The notes beneath the pieces are model-generated. The model was not told where the DNA came from. It made no database searches and saw only the letters and a program-made list of their open reading frames with translations. A program made the position numbers and the translations under genes. Positions 49,192 through 59,417 of a DNA stretch of 64,000 nt are shown piece by piece. The DNA lies in assembly GCA_964583155.1 (NCBI GenBank), contig CAZOUY010000004.1, positions 35,538 to 99,537 on the forward strand. The letters run 5' to 3'. This stretch comes from an uncultured Coprobacillus sp. Its GTDB lineage: Bacteria > Bacillota_I > Bacilli_A > RFN20 > CAG-826. Each line of letters opens with the position of its first letter. The first letter of the stretch is position 1.

Positions 49192-50793
49192 ATGATGAAA
49201 AAACCTATTATTTTATGTATTTTAGATGGATTTGGTTATCGGAAAGAGACGCATGGTAATGCAATCTATGAAGCCAAGAAGCCGAATTTAGTTCGGTATA
49301 TGAATAAATATCCAACCACATTAATCGAAGCCTCGGGAATGGCGGTAGGATTACCACGTGGTCAAATGGGTAATTCTGAAGTCGGCCATTTGAATATTGG
49401 AGCCGGCCGCATTGTTTATCAATCTTTGACACTGCTTAATAAGGCGGTGGAGGATGGAAGCTTTTATCGTAATGAGCATTACTTAAAGGCTATTGAGCAT
49501 GTTAAAAAGAATCACTCCAAATTGCATATTATGGGGCTCATAAGCGATGGTGGCGTACATAGTCATTTAGATCACGTAATTGCCATGCTTCATTTGGCAA
49601 AAAAAGAAGGATTAACAAAAGTTTATGTGCATGCCTTTATGGATGGTCGGGATGTTGATCCCCAAGCGGGTGTAACTTATATCGATCGTATTCAGCAAGT
49701 GATGGATGAAATTGGATGCGGTGAATTAGCTGACATCAGTGGACGATATTACGCCATGGATCGTGACAAGAATCTTGATCGAAATGATGTTGCTTATCGA
49801 ATCATGGTTGATCACGATGGTCCATCTTTTGATGATTATCATGAATTCTTTAAAGAACAATACGAATCTTTACCCAAGAGTGGTAAAGATCCAAGCGATG
49901 AGTTCATTATTCCTCATTTTCATCGCGGAGTAGATGGCACTATTAACGATAACGATGCGGTTATTTTTATGAATTTCCGCCCGGATCGTGCAATTCAAAT
50001 CGGAACGATTATTACCAATCCATATTATTATCAAAATCCTCCAATGAATGATATGGGCCAACCGGCATATAAATCGTATGTTCCCCAACATGTTTTAAAA
50101 AATATTTGCTTTGTAAGCACCATGAAATACGCTGATTCTGTTAAAGGAGAAATTGCTTTTAGTTTACCAAGCTTACACAATGTATTAGGAGTTTTCCTTG
50201 CGGATCATGGATATCGACAATTACGAATCGCGGAGACAGAAAAATACGCCCATGTGACTTTCTTTTTTGATGGGACCGTCAACTATGATGGCGTGACTCA
50301 GCCAGAATTAAAAAATTGTCATCGAATTCTTGTCAATTCTCCTAAGGTTCCAACCTATGATTTAAAGCCTGAAATGTCCGCGTATGAGGTGACCGATCGT
50401 TTACTAGAGGCTTTGAATAAGAACGATCTTGATGTAGTAATTTTAAATTACGCGAATTGTGATATGGTGGGCCATACGGCCGTTCATGATGCGGTGGTCA
50501 AAGCGGTTGAAGCTGTTGATGAATGCTGCGGAAGATTGATTAAATGGGTCGAAGAAAATGATGCAACATTAATCATAACAGCCGATCATGGAAATGCGGA
50601 ATTGATTGAGGATGATGAAGGAAAGCCATTTACCGCTCATACAACCAGTCTGGTGCCTTTTTCCATCAATTTACCGGGAGTAACATTACGAAAAGACGGG
50701 AAGCTATCAAATATTGCTCCGACGATTATTTCGCTCTTAGGTGAAGATATTCCTGAAGAAATGACTGAACCCAGCATGATTATCAAGCAATGA
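49192..50793 (+). CDS. gpmI: 2,3-bisphosphoglycerate-independent phosphoglycerate mutase
   Basis: ILDGFG, GQMGNSEVGH, GRYYAMDRD, NFRPDR, AETEKYAHVTFF, DMVGHT, TADHGN. Confidence 0.97.
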   Translation: MMKKPIILCILDGFGYRKETHGNAIYEAKKPNLVRYMNKYPTTLIEASGMAVGLPRGQMGNSEVGHLNIGAGRIVYQSLTLLNKAVEDGSFYRNEHYLKAIEHVKKNHSKLHIMGLISDGGVHSHLDHVIAMLHLAKKEGLTKVYVHAFMDGRDVDPQAGVTYIDRIQQVMDEIGCGELADISGRYYAMDRDKNLDRNDVAYRIMVDHDGPSFDDYHEFFKEQYESLPKSGKDPSDEFIIPHFHRGVDGTINDNDAVIFMNFRPDRAIQIGTIITNPYYYQNPPMNDMGQPAYKSYVPQHVLKNICFVSTMKYADSVKGEIAFSLPSLHNVLGVFLADHGYRQLRIAETEKYAHVTFFFDGTVNYDGVTQPELKNCHRILVNSPKVPTYDLKPEMSAYEVTDRLLEALNKNDLDVVILNYANCDMVGHTAVHDAVVKAVEAVDECCGRLIKWVEENDATLIITADHGNAELIEDDEGKPFTAHTTSLVPFSINLPGVTLRKDGKLSNIAPTIISLLGEDIPEEMTEPSMIIKQ

Positions 50794-50943
50794 TTTAGTT
50801 TTTATATAATAAGGATGAAAAGTCTCCTAAATCCTAATATCCAGGAAAGGAGACTTTTTTTGATGATAAATACACATATATAGTTTTTTAAGTCAGATGA
50901 TTAAGCAGACGCTTTCAATATCAATGAATCCATCGATATTTTG

Positions 50944-51558
50944 CTAAGAATCTTTGCGGATATTGACATAATCCTGATCGGTTATTTCGCGAATAACATG
51001 ACAAGGATTGCCAACAGCTACCACATTTGAAGGAAGGCTTTTAGTGACAACACTACCAGCCCCAATGACGACATTATCACCAATAGTGACTCCTGGCAAA
51101 ATAACAGTGCTTCCACCAATCCAGACATTGCTTCCGACGCTTATGGGCTTAGCATATTCTAAATCATCAAGAACACCTTTATCATTGATAAATTGATTAC
51201 GATCTAAATAATGAATTGGATGACAGGCAGTATAAAAACAAACGCGGGGACCGATAAATACGTCATTACCAAAGGTGATCGGTGCACAATCGAGAAAGAT
51301 GCAATCAAAATTAGCGTAGAAGCGATCACCCAAAAAGACATTTTGACCATAATCAACGCGGATATTAGGCTCAATCCAACAATTTTTACCGACTTTTCCT
51401 AGCAATTCTTTTATAAGCTGACTTCTTTTTTCTGTTTCATATTCTTGAGTATTATTAAAGTCAATGGCCAATTGGTGAGCCTTTTTTCTTAATTCTCCTA
51501 ATTCAGGATCATTAGCGTGGTAATATTGACCGGCAATCATTTTATCAAATTCTTTCAT
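50944..51558 (-). CDS. maa: Sugar O-acetyltransferase (maltose/galactoside family)
   Basis: KMIAG..Y, DYG.N, HP, hexapeptide WIGG...ILPGVTIG, GAGSVVTK, GNPC. Confidence 0.9.
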   Translation of the reverse strand: MKEFDKMIAGQYYHANDPELGELRKKAHQLAIDFNNTQEYETEKRSQLIKELLGKVGKNCWIEPNIRVDYGQNVFLGDRFYANFDCIFLDCAPITFGNDVFIGPRVCFYTACHPIHYLDRNQFINDKGVLDDLEYAKPISVGSNVWIGGSTVILPGVTIGDNVVIGAGSVVTKSLPSNVVAVGNPCHVIREITDQDYVNIRKDS

Positions 51559-51707
51559 ATCTTATCCCTCATCGCATTTTCACTATCGTTTATGCTTTAA
51601 TAATATAACGATAGCTATTCTTTTTCTAGATAATGTAGATTGTAAATTTCATTAGGCGATCTAAGAATTATGTTTTTTAATATTTACAGATCATAAGCTA
51701 TTGATAT

Positions 51708-52262
51708 TTATTTAATCGCATCAATTATCAAGGAAACCATTCCTAATTTTCCATCCATGTTTCTGGTATCAAATCGCAACGAGCGCCCTATTTTACCATA
51801 GTCCAAATTGTAATAATTGAAATGAAAGTCACCATTATCATCACACCATTCAAGCAATTTACATGTAAATCCGGCTAAAGTAAAAACTTCTATCAAAAGA
51901 TGATAATCATAAAACACTTTATGCGTAAAAGCAGGATGATCCATTGGTCCGGGGCCGCCTGGTTTACACATGTTTTGATACCATTCATTCCGGAAATTAG
52001 CATCAGGGACCGCCACTCTTATTCGCCCATTCTTTTTTAAGTATTTATAGATAATTTTGGCTGCTTTTATGCCTTCATCGAAAGTCAGGTGTTCGAAAAC
52101 ATGCTCCGCTAAAAAAGCATCTACGGAATTTTCTTCCAACATATTTTTAAAAGTTTCTTCGTCTAAAAGATTGAGTTCATTCGCTTGCGTCGAAATCCAA
52201 CCATCATACGTGATATTACCGGCACCGATAATTATTTTTTTCACATTAAGCACTCCATTCAT
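51708..52262 (-). CDS. Class I SAM-dependent methyltransferase (type 11-like)
   Basis: IIIGAG, AEHVFEHL, LKKNG.IRVAVPD; true start possibly GTG 52244. Confidence 0.75.
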   Translation of the reverse strand: MNGVLNVKKIIIGAGNITYDGWISTQANELNLLDEETFKNMLEENSVDAFLAEHVFEHLTFDEGIKAAKIIYKYLKKNGRIRVAVPDANFRNEWYQNMCKPGGPGPMDHPAFTHKVFYDYHLLIEVFTLAGFTCKLLEWCDDNGDFHFNYYNLDYGKIGRSLRFDTRNMDGKLGMVSLIIDAIK

Positions 52263-52428
52263 TAATCGTTTTATTAATTGAAATATTGATTATAAGATAT
52301 AATAAAAATATTTTTTTGTCTAACTATTGATTTCTAACATGTAAACAGATTTCAGATGGATTAAGGATAATGAAAAGACACATTACCATGTGTCATTTTC
52401 TAAATTGATTGTTTTATTAATAAACATA

Positions 52429-53115
52429 TTATTTACTTCTAATAACAGGACGAACGTATTTAAAAAAGCGTTTGCAGTCGTGAAAGAAGTAGAATATACG
52501 TCCAGGTGTGGTGTCTATTATATAGCCACTTTTCTCATAATCAAATCTTTTCATTACTAATTCAATGCTTTCTTCTACTTTTTGACTTTGCTTTTTCCAA
52601 AAATCTTAGTAGCCGATGCTTTCATAGTTTCTGATATGTAAAAACTTATGCTCGGGGATTTTCACAAAATAAATTTTGATTTCTTCTGTACTTACTTGAT
52701 CATTCATTTTATTTTTTTCTCCTTCCATCAAGAAACAATCGAAAGGTTTTATCAAGGTTTGCAAAACGACCGGCCGCGGCTTTTTGCGATATTCACTTGG
52801 AGTAATGCCATATGCTTTTTGAAAAGCACGAGTAAAAGACTCATGTGAAGAATATCCATATTTTACGGAAATATTCAAAATACTATTATCGAAATCGCGA
52901 ATTTCTTTGAAGGCAAAAGCCAGTTTTCTTAATCTAATATAATCCTTTAATCGCATTCCTGAGATAAATGAGAATTTTCGTGATACATAGAATTCGGAAT
53001 AGCCAAGTTTACTTGCTAATGATTTTAATGTCATTGATTCATCTTTTTCATCACGAATACATGAGTCGATTTCATCTATAATGATTTGGACTTGTCGATG
53101 CCAATTTGATAGCAT
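52429..53115 (-). pseudogene. AraC-family regulator with effector domain, disrupted by an in-frame TAA (52606-52608) and probable internal deletion
   Basis: HTH GYS.ESFTRAF...YG.TPS. After ESIGY* the same frame continues DFWKKQS...SGYIIDTTPGRIFYFFHDCKRFFKYVRPV, which looks like the normal C-terminus. Confidence 0.75.
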
Positions 53116-53364
53116 ACTGAATTCGCCTTTCGATTGCTAATAAAATCTTTTAAGAGCAATAAAGAGCATATTTGACATTACTTGCAATTATTTCAAAATT
53201 TAAGGACAAAAGCGTGTTTAAGATAATAGACAATATTAGAAAACCTAGTGATTATGTGTTGTCCATATTAAGTGAAATTTAAATTGCTTAATAGATGACA
53301 TAGATTTATATTAAAAAAAGAAACTTAATATAAAAAGTCCCATCATGGGACTTTATTCTCTAAA

Positions 53365-53448
53365 TGGTGCAGTCAATGAGACTTGAACTCACACGGGTCT
53401 CCCCATACGCCCCTCAAACGTACGCGTCTACCATTCCGCCATGACTGC
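53365..53448 (-). tRNA. tRNA-Leu(GAG)
   Basis: TACGT-TT-GAG-GG-GCGTA, variable arm, GTTCAAGTC, encoded CCA; terminator hairpin at 53334-53354. Confidence 0.95.
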
Positions 53449-53458
53449 AATCGTGTTT

Positions 53459-53486
53459 ATTATATCAAATTTCAAGAAACTTGCAA
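53459..53486 (-). promoter_or_regulatory. Sigma-A promoter of tRNA-Leu(GAG)
   Basis: TTGCAA-N16-TATAAT with TG extension on the minus strand. Confidence 0.7.
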
Positions 53487-53510
53487 TAATAAAAGGTAAA
53501 AATAATAAAA

Positions 53511-53569
53511 GTGTTAAGTGACAAAGTAAAAGCAACGATAAAGCCAAAAGAGTAAATTTAACTTTTTCA
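53511..53569 (+). repeat. Copy B of the three-copy intergenic element
   Basis: Matches 45360-45410 (44/51) and inverted 11055-11077 (21/23). Confidence 0.85.
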
Positions 53570-53615
53570 CAAAATATGTAAAAATAAAAGAGCCTGGTCT
53601 TAGAAAGGAGTAAAT

Positions 53616-53999
53616 ATGAAAAAGAAATATATATTATTAATAATAAATATTTTACTTACATTAAGTGTTTTTTTGCCTTTGAAAGTGAAGACTGTTAATC
53701 CGGAGATAGGAGTTGTAACTTCGTATTATAGTTGTTTTGATTTATTGATAGATGGACATTATGTTTTTACTTTGCCATATATATTTTTACTTTTGATTTT
53801 TGTTGTAACATCTATATGTTTTAATAAAAACAAAATAATAAAAGTGATTAATCTGATCTCAATTCTTATGATGACACTTATAGGTATGATTGCATTTATT
53901 AATTTTTTCAGCATTGCCGCGATTTATGCTTTTGTATACTTATTCAGTATTATAGCGATTTTAAAAATTTGGAAGGAAGAGAATATTAAAGGCATTTAA
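53616..53999 (+). CDS. Small AT-rich multi-TM hypothetical protein
   Basis: AAGGAG RBS; three to four hydrophobic segments; much more AT-rich than its neighbours. Confidence 0.65.
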   Translation: MKKKYILLIINILLTLSVFLPLKVKTVNPEIGVVTSYYSCFDLLIDGHYVFTLPYIFLLLIFVVTSICFNKNKIIKVINLISILMMTLIGMIAFINFFSIAAIYAFVYLFSIIAILKIWKEENIKGI

Positions 54000-54149
54000 T
54001 AATGCATTTATTGACATTTGCCAAAAATATAAATTGAAAAAAAGTTCAAAGATTTCTTAGATTTCAATCAGAAAACATAACATATTAAGTTGCATTTTTG
54101 ATTTAAGTTCAAATCCATTTCTTACTAGAGAGTGTTGAATTACAATAAA

Positions 54150-54178
54150 TTGACAATATATTAATTTTCTTTTATAAT
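54150..54178 (+). promoter_or_regulatory. Consensus sigma-A promoter of the glycosyltransferase operon
   Basis: Perfect TTGACA-N17-TATAAT. Confidence 0.8.
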
Positions 54179-54213
54179 AACGATAATTTGTTGAAAAGGG
54201 AGATGACCTGCTA

Positions 54214-55407
54214 ATGCCGAATGACACATCCGGTTTGCGTGTGGTTCAATATTGTGACAACTATTATCCACAAATAGATGGTGTAGTCAAAGTTGTTCAT
54301 AATTGTGCACGATTTTTAAATGATATGGAAGAGTGTAAAGTAGTTGTTCCAGGCTATAAAAACCATCCATATGATGATAGTGTTTTCTCATATGTTGTGT
54401 TGCGACGACCAACTTTCACCATCACCATTAATAAATTTGAAGTACCATTACCAAGAAATAAACGTTCCATTACTAAGACAATTAAGAATTTTAAGGCAGA
54501 CATCTATCATGTCCATTCGCCTTTTTTCTTGGGTCATTATGCGTTGAAACTTTCTAAGCGATATAAAGTTCCTATTGTTGCCACTTTCCATAGTCAATTT
54601 AAAGAAGATATTATGTCAACAACGCACAGTAAAATTTTAACCAAATGGATTTTACGATATATTGTTCGCTTTTTTAATCGCTGTGACGAAGTTTGGGCGC
54701 CATCGCAAAAATCAGCGGAAACTCTCCAGTCTTATGGGTTCAAAAAAGATATTATTGTAATGGAAAATGGAACAGATTTTACATTTCCCAATGATCTCGA
54801 TGAAGTAAGAAAAGAAGCCAAAGAGGCGTTTAAGATCGATACTGACAATAAAAATCTTTTATATGTTGGACAATTGCGTTATGTAAAAAATATAAAATTG
54901 ATCTTACAAACTATGCAAGAATTAATAAAAGAAGATGCCTCATATCAGCTATATCTAGCTGGTGAGGGTTGTGATGAAAAATCAATGCGAGAATTTGTAG
55001 CCGAAAACAATTTAGAAAGTAATATCCATTTTGTTGGTAAAATTGCAAATACTAGGTTACTGCAGGGTTTATATAGCTTAAGTGATCTATTTTTCTTCCC
55101 ATCAACATATGATAATTCTTCGATAGTTGTTCGTGAGGCGAGTGTCATGCAATTACCTAGCTTATTGACTATCGGATCTAATGTCGCTGAGCCTTTCATT
55201 GATTGGGAAAACGGGCTTTTGGCCGATGAAAGTGTTGAGGCGATGAAGACTAAAATTATCGCCGCTTTTGCGGATGAAAAAAAACTTGCGAATGTCGGTA
55301 AAAGGGCATCAGAAACCATCCCGATTTCGTTTAAGACCATGGCGGAGCGTACTGCTGATCGCTACCGGATTGTTATCGATAAATATCGGCAGAAACATCA
55401 TAAATAA
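54214..55407 (+). CDS. GT4 glycosyltransferase (glycolipid synthase-like)
   Basis: DNYYPQIDGV, HVHSPFFLG, V.TFHS, LLYVGQL..VKN, FPSTYDNSSIVVREA. Confidence 0.9.
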   Translation: MPNDTSGLRVVQYCDNYYPQIDGVVKVVHNCARFLNDMEECKVVVPGYKNHPYDDSVFSYVVLRRPTFTITINKFEVPLPRNKRSITKTIKNFKADIYHVHSPFFLGHYALKLSKRYKVPIVATFHSQFKEDIMSTTHSKILTKWILRYIVRFFNRCDEVWAPSQKSAETLQSYGFKKDIIVMENGTDFTFPNDLDEVRKEAKEAFKIDTDNKNLLYVGQLRYVKNIKLILQTMQELIKEDASYQLYLAGEGCDEKSMREFVAENNLESNIHFVGKIANTRLLQGLYSLSDLFFFPSTYDNSSIVVREASVMQLPSLLTIGSNVAEPFIDWENGLLADESVEAMKTKIIAAFADEKKLANVGKRASETIPISFKTMAERTADRYRIVIDKYRQKHHK

Positions 55408-55516
55408 TCATTATTTTTGGCATATTGGTGATAGTATTCAATATGCCTTTCTTTAGATTGCATTTTGATTTATATTATTTTATAATATACGTACTGCTTT
55501 GGAAAGGAGATACATT

Positions 55517-58186
55517 ATGGACTCTAATAACACGCAGTACGTTTTTAATTCGAAAATCATTGATCCTAATAAAAAAGAAAAAAAGAGCAAAAAAAGCTTG
55601 ATGATCATTTTTCTTTTTTTGATTATAAACATTGGCATTATCGTTTATATCGGTTATACATCTTTTGTCGGACAAGGAAGCGTTATCGACCAAAGCGCCG
55701 AAGTATTTGCGGTCTGGAAGAAGAATATTAAATATATTTTAATTGCCTTGGCTTTGCCTTTTTTGGCGATTTTTTCGGAAGCAACAAAAATATCCATTTT
55801 ATGTCGTCATAAAACCGGAATATGGAATTTTCGTTTATCAATACGTTCGGTGATTATGGGAAAGTATTATGATAATGTTACTCCTTTAAGTAGTGGTGGA
55901 CAGCCCTTTCAAATCTACTATTTGAATAAGGGAGGTGTCCCTCTAGGAACTGCAACGTCCTTCCCATTCATTTCTTTCTTTTTGAATCAATTAGCACTAG
56001 TCATTATTTCAGTGGCGATTATTATTTATCTTTCTTTCAATGAGTTGGGCTCTGCCAGCACGACCATTAGAACATTTCGAATTGTCACATATATCGGCAC
56101 CTTGACATCTATTTTAGTACCCGCCGCCATCATCGGAATTTCGGTGTGGCCACGATTAACGAAAAAAATTGCTGATGGCATCGTTAAAATCATGAATAAG
56201 ATTAAATTTATTCGCCATAAAGAAAAGCACGCCAATACACTTTATCGGACTTTAGGCGAATATCAAGAGGGAATGTCGCAATATAAGAACAAAAAATCGG
56301 TTTCGATTCTCTTTATTTGTTTCTTTTTCTCATTCATTTATAAAATCGCTTTATTATCAACACCCTTTTTCATTATCAAGGGGTGCGGTATTAATCCAAA
56401 CTTTTTTGAAATCTTCGCATTGACCGTCATTATTACCGTTTCTGTGTCCTTTATTCCTACACCAGGTGGATCGGGCGCAGCGGAATTATCTTTCCAAGCT
56501 GTCTTTGCTTCCGCTCTTGCAAGTGCAGGATTAGGAGCTGCTTTTACTTTCTGGAATATGCTTTATTGGCGGTTTCTTGTTTATTTCTTCTTTATCATTT
56601 TAGGAATTGTGGAGATGATTATTCTTTCACTTAAACATAAGAGAAAGAAAGCCTACATTCCCATTCCTATTATGGAGACCTTATATCAAGTGCCAATCAA
56701 GGGAGTGCGCGTTATTCATAAAGATCGTTCATCAACACTTATTCCTTTGACAGACGATGAGGCAAAGATATATATTTCCGATTCTGATAAGCCACATGAA
56801 ATTACTCCTCGGAAGCCGATGCTTTTAAAATCCAATCAAGATTTTTCTTGCTTGAATGAAGATTCATATGTTTTTATTTCCAAATCGTGCATTCAGCGTT
56901 TAATTTCAAAATTAGATCATACGAGATTATATGGTCTATCTTTCGTGGTTGATAAAAATCGTAAATTAGGACCAACGATCATGGTTGACACGGGACAAGA
57001 GAAATCACCATTAGATGAGCCTGATGCTCGTATTTCATCGGTCCAATTTACCGATTATTATTATCCGATCAATGGCTATACCGCGAAGTGCACTGACCAA
57101 TATGCAACCATCTTGAATCAAGAGGGCATTTCCACCCGTGTTCTTACCCCTCGATTAAAGAAGAAATTAGGAAAATATGAAAGCGACTATCCAATTGTTC
57201 ATACACCATCATTGCGGTTTTTCTTTACCGATTATGCTTGGGCGGTTCCAAAATATAATATTAAGCTCAAAATGTCCTTGGAGCCGGAGTCTTTATTGGT
57301 TTTCCATGCTCAAACTCCATTCCTTATGGGAAGATATGCTTTAAAAATGGCCCGAAGATATGATGTCCCGATAGTGGGATCATTCCGACACTTATATTAC
57401 CATGGCCTCAAGCGACCGCTTAAGAGTCGATTATTGGCGCGGATTTTCGAAAAATATGGAATGAGCCTTTATAAACGATGCGATGCTGTTTTTGTTCCTA
57501 GTGTCGAAACAGGCGAGCTTTTGAAACGACATGGCTATAAAGGAAAATATATGGTTGTTCCTGATGCTTATGAAGCGTATGATGATGAAACGATTCAAAA
57601 GAATCGCATTATTTTAAGAGAGCACTATCATCTTGCTAACGATGAATTTACGATTTCCACTATCGTTCGAGGGAAAGCGGAAAAAGAACAAATATTAAAG
57701 ATTTTATTAGCGTTAGAAGGTCAATGTCGTAAATCATTAACAATCATTATTTATGGCTTTTCTTTTTTAGAACGAAATAAGATTAAGAAGGATTACCAAT
57801 TTCAGAATTTGCGGCTCATTATGTTAGAGCATAGTTGTGATTACTATCCCATGATTATGGCCTCTGATTTATTGTTGCTTTTAAGACCACGTCAAGATGC
57901 TATTCCTTATGAAAGAATCGCTGCCGGCTATCGAATTCCTTCTATACTGCACGGATTTGAAGATAACGGGGAGTATTTAGTTGATAAAAACTGCTTTTTA
58001 CTTGATGAAAACCCCAATCAACTAGCGTTGCATATTAAAAGAATAATTAACCATCGTGATATGTTAAAATCGGTAGGGGATAATGCCTGGGCATCATTAA
58101 CGATTTCTTTGGAAAAGGCCGGTGCGGCTATTATTCAAGCATATCAAAAGGTAATTCGGATTTATTACGAGGGCGAAAAGAAATGA
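55517..58186 (+). CDS. Fusion: LPG-synthase-TM/UPF0104 flippase-like domain plus degenerate GT4 domain
   Basis: YYDNVTPLSSGGQP and IPTPGGSGAAE..F motifs with multiple TMs; C-terminal DYYYPINGY, HAQTPFLMG GT4-like fold. Confidence 0.8.
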   Translation: MDSNNTQYVFNSKIIDPNKKEKKSKKSLMIIFLFLIINIGIIVYIGYTSFVGQGSVIDQSAEVFAVWKKNIKYILIALALPFLAIFSEATKISILCRHKTGIWNFRLSIRSVIMGKYYDNVTPLSSGGQPFQIYYLNKGGVPLGTATSFPFISFFLNQLALVIISVAIIIYLSFNELGSASTTIRTFRIVTYIGTLTSILVPAAIIGISVWPRLTKKIADGIVKIMNKIKFIRHKEKHANTLYRTLGEYQEGMSQYKNKKSVSILFICFFFSFIYKIALLSTPFFIIKGCGINPNFFEIFALTVIITVSVSFIPTPGGSGAAELSFQAVFASALASAGLGAAFTFWNMLYWRFLVYFFFIILGIVEMIILSLKHKRKKAYIPIPIMETLYQVPIKGVRVIHKDRSSTLIPLTDDEAKIYISDSDKPHEITPRKPMLLKSNQDFSCLNEDSYVFISKSCIQRLISKLDHTRLYGLSFVVDKNRKLGPTIMVDTGQEKSPLDEPDARISSVQFTDYYYPINGYTAKCTDQYATILNQEGISTRVLTPRLKKKLGKYESDYPIVHTPSLRFFFTDYAWAVPKYNIKLKMSLEPESLLVFHAQTPFLMGRYALKMARRYDVPIVGSFRHLYYHGLKRPLKSRLLARIFEKYGMSLYKRCDAVFVPSVETGELLKRHGYKGKYMVVPDAYEAYDDETIQKNRIILREHYHLANDEFTISTIVRGKAEKEQILKILLALEGQCRKSLTIIIYGFSFLERNKIKKDYQFQNLRLIMLEHSCDYYPMIMASDLLLLLRPRQDAIPYERIAAGYRIPSILHGFEDNGEYLVDKNCFLLDENPNQLALHIKRIINHRDMLKSVGDNAWASLTISLEKAGAAIIQAYQKVIRIYYEGEKK

Positions 58187-59403
58187 AAAAGTTTTTAAGA
58201 GCATTATTGCATTATCCAATTTATATTATTTTAAGGCCATTTTTATGGATTTATGTTGTTATTTTTCAACATGTCCGTTTCAAAAAGAATAAGATAAAAG
58301 TTCCGAAAGGCCCCGTTTTGATATTATCCAATCATTTAACGGATTGGGATGGATTGTACTTGTTATGTATGTTTTATACTCGTAATATTCACTTTATTGT
58401 TCATGATGAAATGTTCAAGAATAAAGTATATAGTTTTGTAAGTGGCACGATTTTCGGTGAAGTAAAAAGAGGAATGACGACCAGCGACATATCGGATATT
58501 TTGACTATGAAAAAACTGGCGAAACAAGGTAAAACCATCGGAGTATTCCCAGAAGGTGATATCGATATGTTTGGACGCACTTTGCCGATCCCTGATAGCA
58601 TTGCTAAATTTGTTAAGATGATGAATATTCCTGTTTTATTATTACGCGTTGAAGGAGCTTATATTCGCGCACCACGTTGGGGAAAATACGCTCATCATAG
58701 CCATATCACTTACTCCTTGCGGAAATTATTGACCGTGGAAGAAATCAACAATACGGAAGTAGCGGCTTTACATGAAATAATCATCAAGGAAATATCCGGT
58801 GATGATGTCGCTTATCAAGTCAAGAAAATGTACAAGCAGTGGCCGAGCTTTCAAAGAGCGAAATGGTTGGAATTAGGGCTTTATATGTGTCCTTCTTGTC
58901 ATCAATTTGAAACTATGAAATCAAAAGGAAGTCGCGTTTTTTGTACAAAATGCGGTTTCGAAGTGAAATACAATCGACACTGCCTACTTGAATCACATGG
59001 CAAATTAGCTTTTAATACGCTCACTGCCTGGGATGATTTTCAATATGAAGGCCTTAAAAAGAAAATTGATCTAGCCTCTGATGATACGATCATTTTAGAG
59101 GCGTGTGATCTTGATTTTTATTTAACTAAGCAAACTTCTTATTTTCATAAACCGATCGGTAAAGCTATTTTACGTGTTTATAAGGACCATATTACCTATA
59201 AATTGGACAATCAACCGGAAGTTCAAATTTTAATAGCCGATTTGGTGCGAATTAGTTTACAATATAAAGATGTTCTGGAGCTCCATTTTGGAGATGATCG
59301 GATTCGTTTTCAAACAAAAAAGCGAAAGTGGTCGGCTTATCTATACTTTAAGGCCTTAAAATACATGAAATCATGTGAAATAAAAAAGATTAAACGATAT
59401 TGA
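58183..59403 (+). CDS. Lysophospholipid acyltransferase family protein with zinc-ribbon insert
   Basis: NHLTDWD (NHxxxxD), FPEG, YMCPSC...CTKCG. Confidence 0.88.
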   Translation: MKKFLRALLHYPIYIILRPFLWIYVVIFQHVRFKKNKIKVPKGPVLILSNHLTDWDGLYLLCMFYTRNIHFIVHDEMFKNKVYSFVSGTIFGEVKRGMTTSDISDILTMKKLAKQGKTIGVFPEGDIDMFGRTLPIPDSIAKFVKMMNIPVLLLRVEGAYIRAPRWGKYAHHSHITYSLRKLLTVEEINNTEVAALHEIIIKEISGDDVAYQVKKMYKQWPSFQRAKWLELGLYMCPSCHQFETMKSKGSRVFCTKCGFEVKYNRHCLLESHGKLAFNTLTAWDDFQYEGLKKKIDLASDDTIILEACDLDFYLTKQTSYFHKPIGKAILRVYKDHITYKLDNQPEVQILIADLVRISLQYKDVLELHFGDDRIRFQTKKRKWSAYLYFKALKYMKSCEIKKIKRY

Positions 59404-59417
59404 GGAGGAATTACATT

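Noticed and set aside
50800-53390. attL/attR duplication of the tRNA-Leu(GAG) 3' end
   Set aside because: I found no copy of TGGTGCAGTCAATGAGAC at the far side of the islet
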